From positions 199,580,001 to 199,644,000 of the forward strand of contig NC_058368.1 in assembly GCF_018350175.1 (NCBI RefSeq): 64,000 nucleotides of DNA, read 5' to 3'. This document shows positions 26,130 through 37,787 of the stretch, one piece after another. The stretch comes from Felis catus (taxonomy: Eukaryota). Made by a program: the position numbers and the translations under genes. The notes below the pieces were generated by a model. That model made no database searches. It was not told where the DNA came from and saw nothing but the letters and a program-made list of their open reading frames with translations. Within the stretch, counting starts at the first letter, position 1. Each line of letters opens with the position of its first letter.

Positions 26130-26260
26130 ACTCACTTCACAACGACCCTGTGACATAGATTGGTCAAGTGTTATTTTCTTCATTTTACAGATAGGAAACT
26201 GAAATTCCAAGGGAGTACTTAATTTGCCTCAGATTACACAAGAATAAATGGTGTACCGTA
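26130..26260 (-). mobile_element. MIR
   Basis: cattttacagataggaaactga core. Confidence 0.7.
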
Positions 26261-26954
26261 AGTTACATAAGGTAATATTTTTTAATGCGGGACTCCAGGG
26301 GTAATGGACACAAATGTGAGCCATAGGGCAGGACATGGCCACTTGGGCAAAGCTACACACAAAGCAGAAGTGGAGGTTAAGGGCAGCTATTTATGAATCC
26401 TCCTGAGTGAGTTGTTTTCCTCTCTTGAAACTAGAACTGCTCATCTGGTGCTCCAAAGTTCTGGCATGTCCATTGCTAAAAAGAGGCATGAAAATGGGAA
26501 TAGATAATTTATGTACACTGTGTGTGTGTGTATGTATGTATAGACATGTGTACATATATATACATATATACATTATATGTATAATATATATAATATATAT
26601 TCAATAAGCCCATACATACATTTTTGTACATTTTCAATCATCTGCTTTGTGCCAGACATTGTTCTGGGTGCCAGGAGTACAGCACTAAACAGTAAAAGAA
26701 GAAATAATATTAAAGGAAATACATATTAAATTCATAATAAGATACAACTTTTTTGTCTCTGGCAAAAGAAGTTTCAGATTATGATTAACAAAATCATAAT
26801 AAACAAGCACATACCACTCATGAAAACATAAAGTGATACCAACGTTTTGGAAAGAATTTTGGTAATATGCATGTAAATCGTTCAAAGTGGTAGCTTTAGA
26901 ACCAGCAGTTCAGTTTCTTGGAATCCATCCTAAGGACTTAAGGATAGACCCAAC

Positions 26955-27148
26955 TATATTGTATATTTGAAAGTTGCTAAGAGTAGATTTTAAAAGTTTT
27001 TATCACAAGAAAAAATTGGTAGCTGTCTGTGGTGATGGATGTTAACTAAACTTATTGTGTTGATCATTTTACAATGTATACATGTATCAATTCATTATGT
27101 TGTACACTTGAACTTAATGCAATTATATCTCAATAAAATTTTTAAAAA
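26955..27148 (+). mobile_element. Old L1 3' terminus (L1MA9-like)
   Basis: ttgaaagttgctaagagtagat...ggtgatggatgttaactaa...tatatctcaataaa. Confidence 0.82.
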
Positions 27149-27165
27149 TGAGGGTGTAGACCAGA

Positions 27166-27660
27166 TCAGGAATTGCATATTGGTGGCCTAAAGGATACCT
27201 GAAAACCGCAGATACATTTTGTTTAGGCTATATGTTTGTTTTGGTTTGGTTTAGTTTTCCCAGGCAGTGAGTTGTATTAAATTAGAATTCCTTTAAGAAG
27301 GCCAGTATAGATACTACCCAATATAGCCTCTTTACTGTCTTATTAAACAAGTCTGATTCACACATTTATGTACTTGCCTAGTTCTTACATGCTTTTCTGC
27401 CCGCAAAAGCACCTCCCTTCCTGTGGCTTCTCTCTCCCCAAGTTCACCTCTCCGTACTGCGTACCTGCTGAATTCTGTGGTTCAGGTTGTGTAGATTGTT
27501 GTGTTAATTCCCCAATCAGTTTTCTAGGTGTGAAGGATGGTTTAGTGTTAGTCTGGCTGTATTTCATGGATGCAAGACACACAAAAAACTTCCATGCTGT
27601 TCCACCATCTTGGCTCCTCCCTACAAATCAATGTCCTTATAGGCTTTTGAGATTGCAAAT
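27166..27660 (+). mobile_element. MER102-like hAT-Charlie element, interrupted by an L1 5' fragment
   Basis: caggaattgcatattggtggcc...gcagatacattttgtttaggc; ttcacacatttatgtacttgcctag | taggcttttgagattgcaa. Confidence 0.6.
27389..27621 (-). mobile_element. Isolated L1 5'-terminal (promoter) fragment
   Basis: Collinear with 38935-39161, the 5' end of the 7-kb L1; begins gggaggagccaagatgg on the minus strand. Confidence 0.92.
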
Positions 27661-27732
27661 TGGAGATTAAATTGTCTCTGAGACCAAAGTCAATTATATT
27701 TATTTTTTCCTGGGACTCTATTAAAAAAAACG

Positions 27733-27763
27733 TAACTTCTAGGAAGACATAACTTCTAGGAAG
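27733..27763. repeat. 14-bp direct repeat with 17-bp period
   Basis: taacttctaggaag aca taacttctaggaag. Confidence 0.85.
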
Positions 27764-27834
27764 TTTGTTATAGCATGGCTTATAAGAGAGGAAAACTATA
27801 AACTTGAACGTCTAACAATGTTAGTAATAATAAG

Positions 27835-28335
27835 GATAATGATAATGAGTTATTGCGCCATATTTAATGTGTCAACAACACTGTTCTAAGTACTTTATAT
27901 TATTGCACTTCATACTTTCAGCAATTCTATGTAAGGTAAGAACTATTATCACCTTTATTTTATGGATGAGGAAACTGCAGCATCAAGAAGTGAACTGAAC
28001 AGAAACCCACGGGGGAGGGGAAGGAAAAAAAAAAGAGGTTAGAGTGGGAGAGAGCCAAAGCATTAAAGACTTTTAAAAACTGAAAACAAACTGAGGGTTG
28101 ATAGGGGATGGGAGGGAGGGGAGGGTGAGTGATGGGTATTGAGGAGGGCACCTTTTGGGATGAGCACTGGGTGTTGTATGGAAACCAATTTGACAATAAA
28201 TTTCATATATTGAAAAAATAAATTAATTAATTAACTAAAAAAAAAAGAAGTGAACTGATTTGCCCAAAGATTTAAGTAAAGAGTAGGACCAAGATTTGAT
28301 TCCAGATAGCCTTAGCCTGTCTTCAAAATACCACT
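27835..28335 (-). mobile_element. MIR interrupted by an L1 fragment
   Basis: cactgttctaagtacttta...gatgaggaaactg | gatttgcccaaag...gatttgattccag. Confidence 0.8.
27999..28244 (+). mobile_element. Young felid L1 3'UTR fragment
   Basis: Near-identical to the reverse complement of 57150-57365; perfect TSD aagaagtgaactga (27985-27998, 28245-28258). Confidence 0.96.
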
Positions 28336-28507
28336 TCTTAATTAGTATGCTTAATTCTGATATATTCATAAAATGTAATTCTATTCAGTCATTTAGGAAT
28401 AGATCTACAACAACATACTTTAAAGTGTTTATAGTAGTTCTCTTGGTGTGTGAAATCATGAGTATTCTTTTATTTTTTTCTCATGTAAATTTTGTAGTAA
28501 TTGTTTG

Positions 28508-28585
28508 ATATATATATATATATATACTATATATATATATAGTATATATATACTATACTATATATACTATATACATATATAGTAT
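28508..28585. repeat. Imperfect (TA)n microsatellite
   Basis: tatatata.. with ctat/atag interruptions. Confidence 0.9.
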
Positions 28586-28910
28586 TTCTGAAATTAGAAA
28601 TAAAATTTCTTTAAAGAAGAAAAAGAGCCAAGAGAAGCTTTTGTATTAAAACGACACCAAACACCACCAACAACAACTCAAGCCAGGTTGCCTTTTCTGG
28701 CTTCCACTGTGACACACCAATCTTGAGTGTATATAAGCCAAGTGCTAGAGGAGAATTCCCTTACAAAGCATCAAGCCTACTCTTAAACATCCCAAATACT
28801 CATATTCTTTTATTCCAACACAAACCATACATTTTGTCACTCCCATGAGCAAAGGTATATGAGTGTCCCAAGTAAAATGAAGAGCATAAACTAAAACACT
28901 AACAGTCCCT

Positions 28911-29144
28911 GGGGCGCCTGGGTGGCGCAGTCGGTTAAGCGTCCGACTTCAGCCAGGTCATGATCTCGCGGTCCGTGAGTTCGAGCCCCGCGTCAGGCTC
29001 TGGGCTGATGGCTCGGAGCCTGGAGCCTGTTTCCGATTCTGTGTCTCCCTCTCTCTCTGCCCCTCCCCCGTTCATGCTCTGTCTCTCTCTGTCCCAAAAA
29101 TAAATAAAAAAACATTGAAAAAAAATTTAAAAAAAACAAAACAA
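28911..29144 (+). mobile_element. Young CanSINE (SINEC_Fc-type)
   Basis: CpG-rich; perfect 18-bp TSD aaaacactaacagtccct. Confidence 0.98.
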
Positions 29145-30934
29145 AAAACACTAACAGTCCCTTACAGAGGAAGAAGCTAGCATTATAACTGTGAAGATTC
29201 ACTACAAGTCCTCATTTTATTATGATAGACACTAAAGTAACAACCCTATAAGTCATTGTTTCTGAGGTTCTAGCCACTGCATACTGAGGACACTACATTG
29301 AAGCTTTGTTTGTTTCTGGAATATTGCTTTATTCAGCTCTGGATGTAGTAGATGAATATCAATGTTATTTGTGGCATCCATGCCATATGGGGAATAATAG
29401 ACAACCTCAGGGAGACATGATTGGAAGGCCTAGGACATATATATACACGCTCAATTTCTTTAAGACTAAACCTTCTGAATATGGTATATCCTGGACCACT
29501 GCTAAACAGCAACATCAGAAAGCAACACCATGGATTTTAGTAAGTAGTAGCTTCCCACACACTCCAAATAAAACAATAAAAAGAAGAAAATTTGAGTCCA
29601 TCCTGAAGGAATTTGAGCAGAGCGAATTTGAGCTGTGTGGTGACATGGAGTGTTACTCTCTACATCACCAATGACAATCTTCTATTGTTCCTGAAACCCC
29701 AAACAGCCAAGCGTGACCCTTCCTTGAACTTCTGTGTTTGTTGTATGCCCAAACTACTGTGTGGAAGATCACATCATGGTCACTATGTCAGTGCAGAGTT
29801 TGATGATTCCCAAGGCAATTGGTGCTTACTGGAGAACCACTTACTGAGTTTGACAGCTTTGATTTTGCTTGTGCTGTGTTCTTTTGTGCATAAGTAGAAA
29901 TATCCTGAAAAGTTTCACTTGGGTCACTGGAATACCAAATATATGGGAATTCTGGCAAAGCTATAAAGCGTCTTGATACACTGGCTATTGTTGGTATTTT
30001 TGAAAGGTTCAAAATACTAAACCAAACATTCGGAAAATTATTACTGTTCTGGAGTCTATTAAACAAGAGGCAAATTCCCTGAATTTACCAAGTTCAAGGC
30101 TCATGACATTTTTCCTGAAATCTTTGGGTTAGATATACTCAGGCTCATTTTCCAGGAATATGTGACCTAGATTATGCCCAATGAACCCATCAGTGTCAGC
30201 AGCAAATGGATGTCCAGAGCCAACTTCAGCAAGGAAGATGAGCTGAAGGGAATAACAGAAAGCAATTGTTACCCACTTAGTTACTGAAAAGCAAATTAGA
30301 TCATCCCAAAGCTGGTATGCATATCTTAATACTCCAGGGGAGTTCTACTCTAGCTAAACACAAATCAGCCTTGGAAATCTGGCACTGGCAGTGTTTCGTC
30401 TTGCTTCTATTCCCTTTATCTATACACCTGAGATAGTTACCAGCAAAGTGTGAAAGGTTGGAGACAAAGTACAGTGTTCTTACAAAGAGGGAACATTGTA
30501 CTCTATGTGTCATGCTTGATAAAATTGTGATGATTGGTGGTTTTGATATGATAGTACTTTTCCTATAGCAGATATTATCATCAAAAGATAAAGGAAGATG
30601 AGTAGTGGCATTTCCTTCTCAGGATGCAGGACTCATGAATACCTTCACTTATTTACTTGAAAGCTATTTTTAAAACAGAGAAAAGCAGAATGGTTGAGGA
30701 CAAATTTCATTAGTTAGGTAAATTGCATTATGCAAGAAGAATTAGGTAAAATGAATAGTCATGGTTCCAAGATCAGGGAAATTGAAGTGTCAACTTAAAA
30801 GTCTTAAAAAAAATTAATTCAACAATTAAGAATTATGCTGTAATTCAGTCACTTTTGAATTTCAGAGATATAAATTAAGTATTTGCTGTAAAAAGTATTG
30901 CAATTAGATACAGGAAACATTTACTTTTAAATAA

Positions 30935-31620
30935 TTTATCACAATAATAACAATCCAAGTGTCCGTAGATGAATGAATTGAACAAAATATGTGTTAAATA
31001 GAAAATGAAACATTAATTCAGCCACAAAAAAATAAAATACTGCCTTTTGTGACTATATGGATGGACCTTGAAAACATTACACTAATGGAAATAAGTCAGA
31101 GAAAGACAAATACTATAATATCTCACTTATATGTGGGATCTAAAAAAGTCAAACTCATAGAAAGAGAGAATGGAATGGTAGTTGCCAGGGGAACAGGGAG
31201 ATGTCGGTCAAAGGCTATAAACTTCTGGTTATAAGATGAATGGGTTCTGGGGATCTAATGTATAACATAGTAACTATAGTTAATGATACTGTGTTATATA
31301 GTTGATGGGTATTAGGGAGGGCACTTGTGATGAGCACTGGGTGTTGTATGTAAGTGATGAATCATTGAATTCTACTCCTGAAACCAATGTTACACTGTAT
31401 ACTAATTAACTAAAATAAAAAAGAGAGAAAGTTACCAAGAGAATAGATCTTAAATGTTCTTACCACAAAAAAGAAAGATAATTATGTGAGGTGATGGAGG
31501 TGTTAACTAATTTTATTGTGGTAATTGTTTTATGACATTTATGTGTATCAAACCATCACATTATACACCTAAATAGTTGACATTGTTATATGTCAACTAT
31601 ACCTTAATAAAACTAGAGAA
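30935..31620 (+). mobile_element. Old L1 3' end (L1MA9-like) containing a nested L1 piece
   Basis: WMDLENITLMEISQR; gtgaggtgatggaggtgttaactaa; aataaaa. Confidence 0.85.
31302..31426 (+). mobile_element. Carnivore L1 3' terminus nested in the older L1
   Basis: gatgggtattagggagggcacttgtgatgagcactggg...ctactcctgaaacc...taaaataaaaaa. Confidence 0.85.
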
Positions 31621-31762
31621 ACAATAATAAATGTTATATTTAGGTAGTTAATAAGAAAGTAATCATTAAAACTGAGAGAAATATATCCAAAAAAGGCAAA
31701 ACTTGATAAACCACATGTAAAGTTTTTACATTAAGAAGTATATATTAAAAATAGGATATGAA

Positions 31763-31997
31763 GGGGTGCCTGGGTGGCTCAGTTGATTAAGCATCTGGCT
31801 CTTGATTTCATCTCAGGTCATAATATCACGGTTTGTGAGTTAGAGCCCACGTTGGGCTCCATGCTGAGAGTACAGAGCCTGCTTGGGATTCTCTCTCTTC
31901 CCCACTCCCACTCATACTCTCTCTCTCTCTCTCTCTCTGTTTCTCTCTCTCTCTCTCCCTCAAAATTAATAAACTGTAAAAAAATAAAAATAAAATA
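31763..31997 (+). mobile_element. CanSINE (older)
   Basis: ggggtgcctgggtggctcag, CT tract, A tail; decayed TSD aaaatagga(t/a)at(g/t)aa. Confidence 0.93.
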
Positions 31998-32354
31998 AAA
32001 ATAGGAAATTAAGATGTATGTACTTTTGGGATAGTTGACCCAATTATCTTTGAAATGCTCAAAAGTTAGCAAAGTGGAAAGTGATACATAAAATGCAAAC
32101 ATTTTATAGACATTAGGACCTATCATAAAGGCAACAAGTATTTTTTTACATCCAAGTTAGCATATAGTGCAACAATGATTTCAGGGGTAGATTCCTTAAT
32201 GCCCCTTACCCATTTAGTCCGTCTCCCCTCTCACAACCCCTCCAGCAACCCTCAGTTTGTTCTCCATATTTATGAGTCTCTTCTGTTTTGTCTCCCTCCC
32301 TGTTTTTGTATTCTTTTTGCTTCCCTTCCCTTATGTTCATCTGTTTAGTATCTT

Positions 32355-35300
32355 CAATTCCTCATATGAGTGAAGTCATGTGATATTTGTTTTTCTCTGA
32401 CTGACTAATTTCACTTAGCATAATACTTGCTAGTTCCCATCCATGTAGTTGCAAATGGCAAGATTTCATTCTTTCTGATTGTTGAGTAATACCCCATTGT
32501 ATATATATACCACATCTTCTTTATCCATTTATCTGTTAATGAACATTTGGGCTCTTTCCATGCTTTGGCTGTTGTCGATAGCACTTCTATAAACATTGGG
32601 GTGCATGTGCCCCTTCGAAACAGCACACCTGCATCCCTTGGGTAAATACCTAGTAGTGCAATTGCTGAGTTGTAGGGTAGTTCTATTATTTTTTTGAGGA
32701 AACTCCAGACTGTTTTCCAGAGAGGCTGCACCAGCTTGCAGTCCTGCCAGAAGTGCAAAAGAGATCCTCTTTCTCTGCATCCTCGCCAATATTTGTTGTT
32801 TCCTGAGTTGTTAATGTTAGCCATTCTGATTGGTGTGAGGTGGTATCTCAGTGTGGTTTTGATTTGTATTTCCCCGATAATGAGTGATGTTGAGCATTTT
32901 TTCATGTGTCTCTTAGCCATCTGTATGTCTTCTTTGGAAAAGTGTCTGTTCATGTCTTTTGCCCATTTCTTCACTGGATTATTTGTTTTTTGGGTGTTGA
33001 GTTTGATAAGTTCTGTATAGATTTTAGATACTAGCCTTTTATCTGATATGTCATTTGCAAATATCTTCTCCCGTTCTGTCAGTTGCCTTTTAGTTTTGCT
33101 GATTCTTTTCTTCTCTGTGCAGAAGCTTTTTATCCTGATGAAGTCCCAATAACTCATTTTTGCTTTTGTTTCCCTGGCCTCTGGAGATGTGTCAAGTAAG
33201 ATGTGCTGAGGACAAACAGGCTGTTATCTATTTTCTCCTCTAGGATTTTGATGGCTTCCTGTCTTACGTTTAGGTCTTTCATCCATTTTGAGTTTATTTT
33301 TGTGTATGGTGTTAGAAAGTGGTCCAGGTTCATTCTTCTGCATGTTGCTGTCCAGTTTTCTGAGCACCATTTGTGGAAACTGTTTTTATTCCATTGGATA
33401 TTCTCTCCATTTGTCAGGGATTAGTTGGCCATATGTTTGTGGGTCCATTTCTGGGTTCTCTATTCTGCCCCATTGATCAAAGTGTCTGTTTTTGTGCCAG
33501 TACCATACTGTCTTCATGATTACAGCTTTGTAATACATCTTGAAGTCTGGGATTGTGATGCCTCCAGCTTTGGTTTTCTTTCTCGGGATTGTTTTGGCTA
33601 TTCGGGGTCTTTTCTGGTTCCATAGAAATTTTAGGATTGTTTGTTCTAGCTCTGTGAAGAATGCTGGTGTTATTTTGATAGGGATTGCATTGAATATGTA
33701 GATTACTTTGCGTATTATCGACTTTTTGAACAGTATTTGTTCTTCCAATCCAGGAGCATGGAATCTTTTTCTGTTTTTTGGTGTCTTCAATTTCTTTCAT
33801 AAGCTTTCTATAGTTCTCATGTATAGATTTTTCACCTCTTTGGTTAGGTTTAGTCCTAGGTATTTTACAGGTTTTGGTGCAATTATAAATGGGATTGACT
33901 CCTTGATTTCTCTTTCTGTTGCTTTATTATTGGTGTATAGAAATGCAACTGATTTCTGTCCATTGATTTTATATCCTGAGACTTTGTTGAATTCATGGAT
34001 CAGTTCTAGCAGTTTTTTGGTGGAATCTTTTGGGTTTTCCATATAGAGTACCATGTCATCTGCGAAGAGTGAAAGTTTGACTTCCTCCTTGCTGATTTGG
34101 ATGCCTTTCATTCCTTTGTGTTGTCTGATTACTGAAGCTAGGACTTCAATACTATGTTGAATAACAGTGGTGAGAGTGGATATCCCTGTCGTTTTCCTGA
34201 CCTGAGGGGGGAAACTCTCAGTTTTTTTCCCATTGAGGATGATATTAGCAGTGGGTCTTCCATATATGGCTTTTATGATCTTGAGGTATGATCCTTCTAT
34301 CTCTACTTTCTTGAAGGTTTTTTTTAAGAAACGATGCTGTACTTGTCAAATGCTTTCTCTGCATCTATTGAGAGGATTTTGTGGTTCTTGTCCTTTCTTT
34401 TATCGTTGTGATGTATCACATTGATTGTTTTGAGGATATTGAATCAGCCCTGCATCCCAGGTATAAATCCCACTTGGTCATGGTAAATAATTATTTTAAT
34501 GTATTGTTGGTTCCGGTTAGCTAGTATCTTGTTGAGGATTTTTGCATCCAGGATCATCAGGGAAATTGGTCTGTCATTCTCTTTTTTAGTGGGGTCTTTG
34601 TCTGGTTTTGGAATCAAGGTAATGCTGGCTTCATAGAATGATTTTGGAAGTTTTCCTTCCATTTCTATATTTTGGAGCAGCTTCAAAAGAATAGTTGTTA
34701 ACTGTTCTTTAAATGTAAATTCCCCTGGAAAGCCATCTGGCCCTGGACTCTTGTTTTTTTGGGAGATTTTTGATTACTAATTTGATTTCTTTATTTTTTA
34801 TGGGTCTGTTAAAATTTTCTATTTCTTCCTATTTCAATTTTGGGAGTTTATTGTTTCTAGGAATTTTTCCACTTCTTCCAGATTGCCTATTTTATTGGTG
34901 TATAATTGCTCATAATATTCTCTTATTATTGTTTGTATATCTGCAGTGTTGGTTGTGATCTCTCCTCTTTCACTCTTGATTTTATTTATTTGGATCCTTT
35001 CCTTTTTCTTTTTGATCAAACTGGCTAGGGATTTATCAGTTTTGTTAATTCTTTCAAAGAACCATCTCTTGGTTTCATTGATTTGTTCTACTGTCTTTTT
35101 TTTCTTCTTTTTTGGTTTTGATAGCATTGATTTCTGCTATCTTTATATTTCCTGTCTTTTGCTGGTTTTGGGTTTTATTTGCTTTTCTTTTTCTAGCTCT
35201 TTGAAGTGTAAGTTATGTTGTGTATGTGAGACCTTTCTTACTTCTTTAGGAAGTCCTGGATTGCTATATACTTCCCTCTTATGACTGCCTTTGCTGCTTC

Positions 35301-36283
35301 CCAGAGGTTTTGGGATTTTGTGTTATCATTTCCATTGGCTTCCATGTATTTTTTAAGTTCCTCTTAACTCCCTGGGTAGCCCATTCATTCTTTAGTAGGA
35401 TGTTCTTTAGTCTCCACGTATTTATTGTCTTTCCAAATTTTTTCTTGTGGTTGATTTTGAGTTTCATAGCATTGTGGTCTAAAAGTATGCATGGTATGAT
35501 CTCGATCTTTTTGTACTTGTTGAAGGTTGATTCGTGTCCCAGTTTGTGATCTATTCTTGAGAATGTTCCATGTGCACTTGAGAAGACTGTATTCTGCTGC
35601 TTTAGGATGAAACGTTCTGAATATATCTGTTAAGTCCATCTGGTCCAGTGTGTCATTCAAAGCCATTGTTACCTTGTTGATTTTGTGTTTAGATGATCTG
35701 TCCATTGCTGTAAGTGCGTTGTTGAAGCACCTTAGTATTATGGTATTATCAATGAGTTTCTTTATGTTTGTGATTAATTGATTTATATATTTGGGTGTTT
35801 TCATATTTGGATCATAAATGTTTACAATTGTTAGGTCTTCTTGGTGGATAGACCCCTTAATTATGATATAATATCCTTCTTCATCTCTTGTTACAGTCTT
35901 TATTTTAAAATGTAGATTTTCTCATGCAAGTTTGCCTACTCCAGCTTTCTTTTGGTGACCATTAGCATGATGGATGGTTCTCCATCCCCTTATTTTCCAT
36001 CTGAAGGTGTGTTTAGGTGTAAAATTGGTCTTTCATGGGCATTGAGGAGGGCACCTGTTCGGATGAGCACTGGGTGTTGTATGGAAACCAATCTGGCAAT
36101 AAATTATATTTAATATAAAAAATAAAAATAAATAAATTAATTAAAAAAATAAAATGGGTCTCTTATAAACAGCATATAGATGGATCTTGTTTTCTTACCC
36201 ATTCTGTTACCTTTGTCTTTTGATATGAGCATTTAGTCCATTGACATTAGATGGAGTACTGAAAGATATGAATTTATTGCCAT
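32355..36283 (-). pseudogene. L1 ORF2p, fragmented
   Basis: MAINSYLS start; [39 protein letters not shown]-region fragments with many frameshifts. Confidence 0.93.
36035..36149 (+). mobile_element. Short younger L1 3' terminus nested in ORF2 of the older L1
   Basis: atgggcattgaggagggcacc...caataaa plus A tail; TSD taaaattggtcttt/taaaatgggtctct. Confidence 0.93.
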
Positions 36284-36381
36284 TATGTTGCCTGCAGAGT
36301 TGAAATTTCTGGTGGTGTTCTCTGGTCCTTTCTAGTCTTTGTTGCTTTGGTATTTTTTGTTTTGTTTCATCTTTTCTCTCC

Positions 36382-37253
36382 TCAGAGAGTCCTCCTTAAA
36401 ATTTCTTGCAGGGCTCATTTAGTGGTCATGAATTCCTTTAGTTTTTGTTTGTCTGGGAAACTTTTTATCTCTCCTTCTACTTTGAATGACAGCCTTGCTG
36501 GATAAAGAATTCTTGGCTGCATATTTTTTTTGATTCAACACACTGAATATATCCTGTCACTCCTTTCTGACCTGAAAGTTTCTGTGGATAGGTCTGCTGT
36601 GAACCTGATCTGTCTTTCCTTGTAGGTTAAAGACTTTATTTTTCCTTGCTGATTCCATGATTCTTTCCTTGCCTGAGTACTTTGTGAATTTGACTATGAT
36701 ATGCCTTGTTGGTGGTAAGTTTTTGTTAAATCTAATAGCAGTTCTCTGTGCTTCCTTGATTTTGATTTCTGTGTCTTTCCCTAGGTTAGGAAAGTTTCCC
36801 ACTATGATTTGCTCACGTAAAATTTTCTATCTCCTTTTCTCTCAATCTTCTGAGGCCCCTATGATTCTGATGTTATTCCTTTTTAATGAGTCACTGAGTT
36901 CTCTAATTCTTAAATCATGCTCTTTTGTCTTAGTCTCCCTCTTTTTTTATGCTTCATTATTCTCCTTAAGTTTGTCCTCTGTCTTGCTGATTCGCCACTC
37001 TGCTTCCTCCATCTTTGCTGTCATGGCATCCATTTGAGCTTGCAGCTCAGTTATAGAATTTTTTATTTCATCCTAACTTTAATTTCTTTTATCTCTGCAG
37101 AAAGGGATTCTAGTCTGCTTTCAACCCCAGCTAGTATTCTTATTATTATCATTCTAAATTCTGTTTCAGACATATTTCTTGTAGCTGTGTTAAGTCCCTG
37201 GCTGTCCTTTCTTCCTGTTCTTTCTTTTGGGGTGAATTCCTTTGTTTCATCAT
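36382..37253 (-). pseudogene. L1 ORF1p, fragmented
   Basis: MMKQRNSPQKK start; NFPNLGKDTEIKIKEAQR..RHIIVKF. Confidence 0.88.
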
Positions 37254-37586
37254 TTTGAAGGAAGAAAAGGAATTAATAAAGTAAAAAAAGTAAAAATTAA
37301 AAAATTTAAAACGCACAAAGAAATCAAATAAAGGATGCTAGATCCTAGGTGTGTTTTGGTCTGGTTATTGAAAGAAGCTTGATAGATTAGAGAAAAAAGG
37401 GAAAGTTAAGAAAAGGAAAAAAAAGGGGGAGGGAATGGAAAATGTTTCAATATTTGGAAAATGAATACAATAAAATAGAATAAAATGAAATGATGAAAAT
37501 AAAATAGAATTAAGAAACTTACAAAAAAATAAAATATATAGTGGAATAAAATTAAAGAAAAATGCTTTTAATAAAAATGGAAAATA

Positions 37587-37787
37587 GGGGCGCCTGGGTG
37601 GCACAGTCGGTTAAGCGTCCGACTTCAGCCAGGTCACGATCTCGCGGTCCGTGAGTTCGAGCCCCGCGTCAGGCTCTGGGCTGATGGCTCGGAGCCTGGA
37701 GCCTGTTTCCGATTCTGTGTCTCCCTCTCTCTCTGCCCCTCCCCCGTTCATGCTCTGTCTCTCTCTGTCCCAAAAAAAAAGTTGAAA
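37587..37787 (+). mobile_element. Young CanSINE (SINEC_Fc-type) in the L1 5'UTR
   Basis: Near-identical to the copy at 28911; perfect TSD aaaaatggaaaata. Confidence 0.98.

Noticed and set aside
28911..28990. tRNA-like A/B-box sequence
   Set aside because: It is the tRNA-derived head of a CanSINE, not a tRNA gene; the same applies to all SINE copies.
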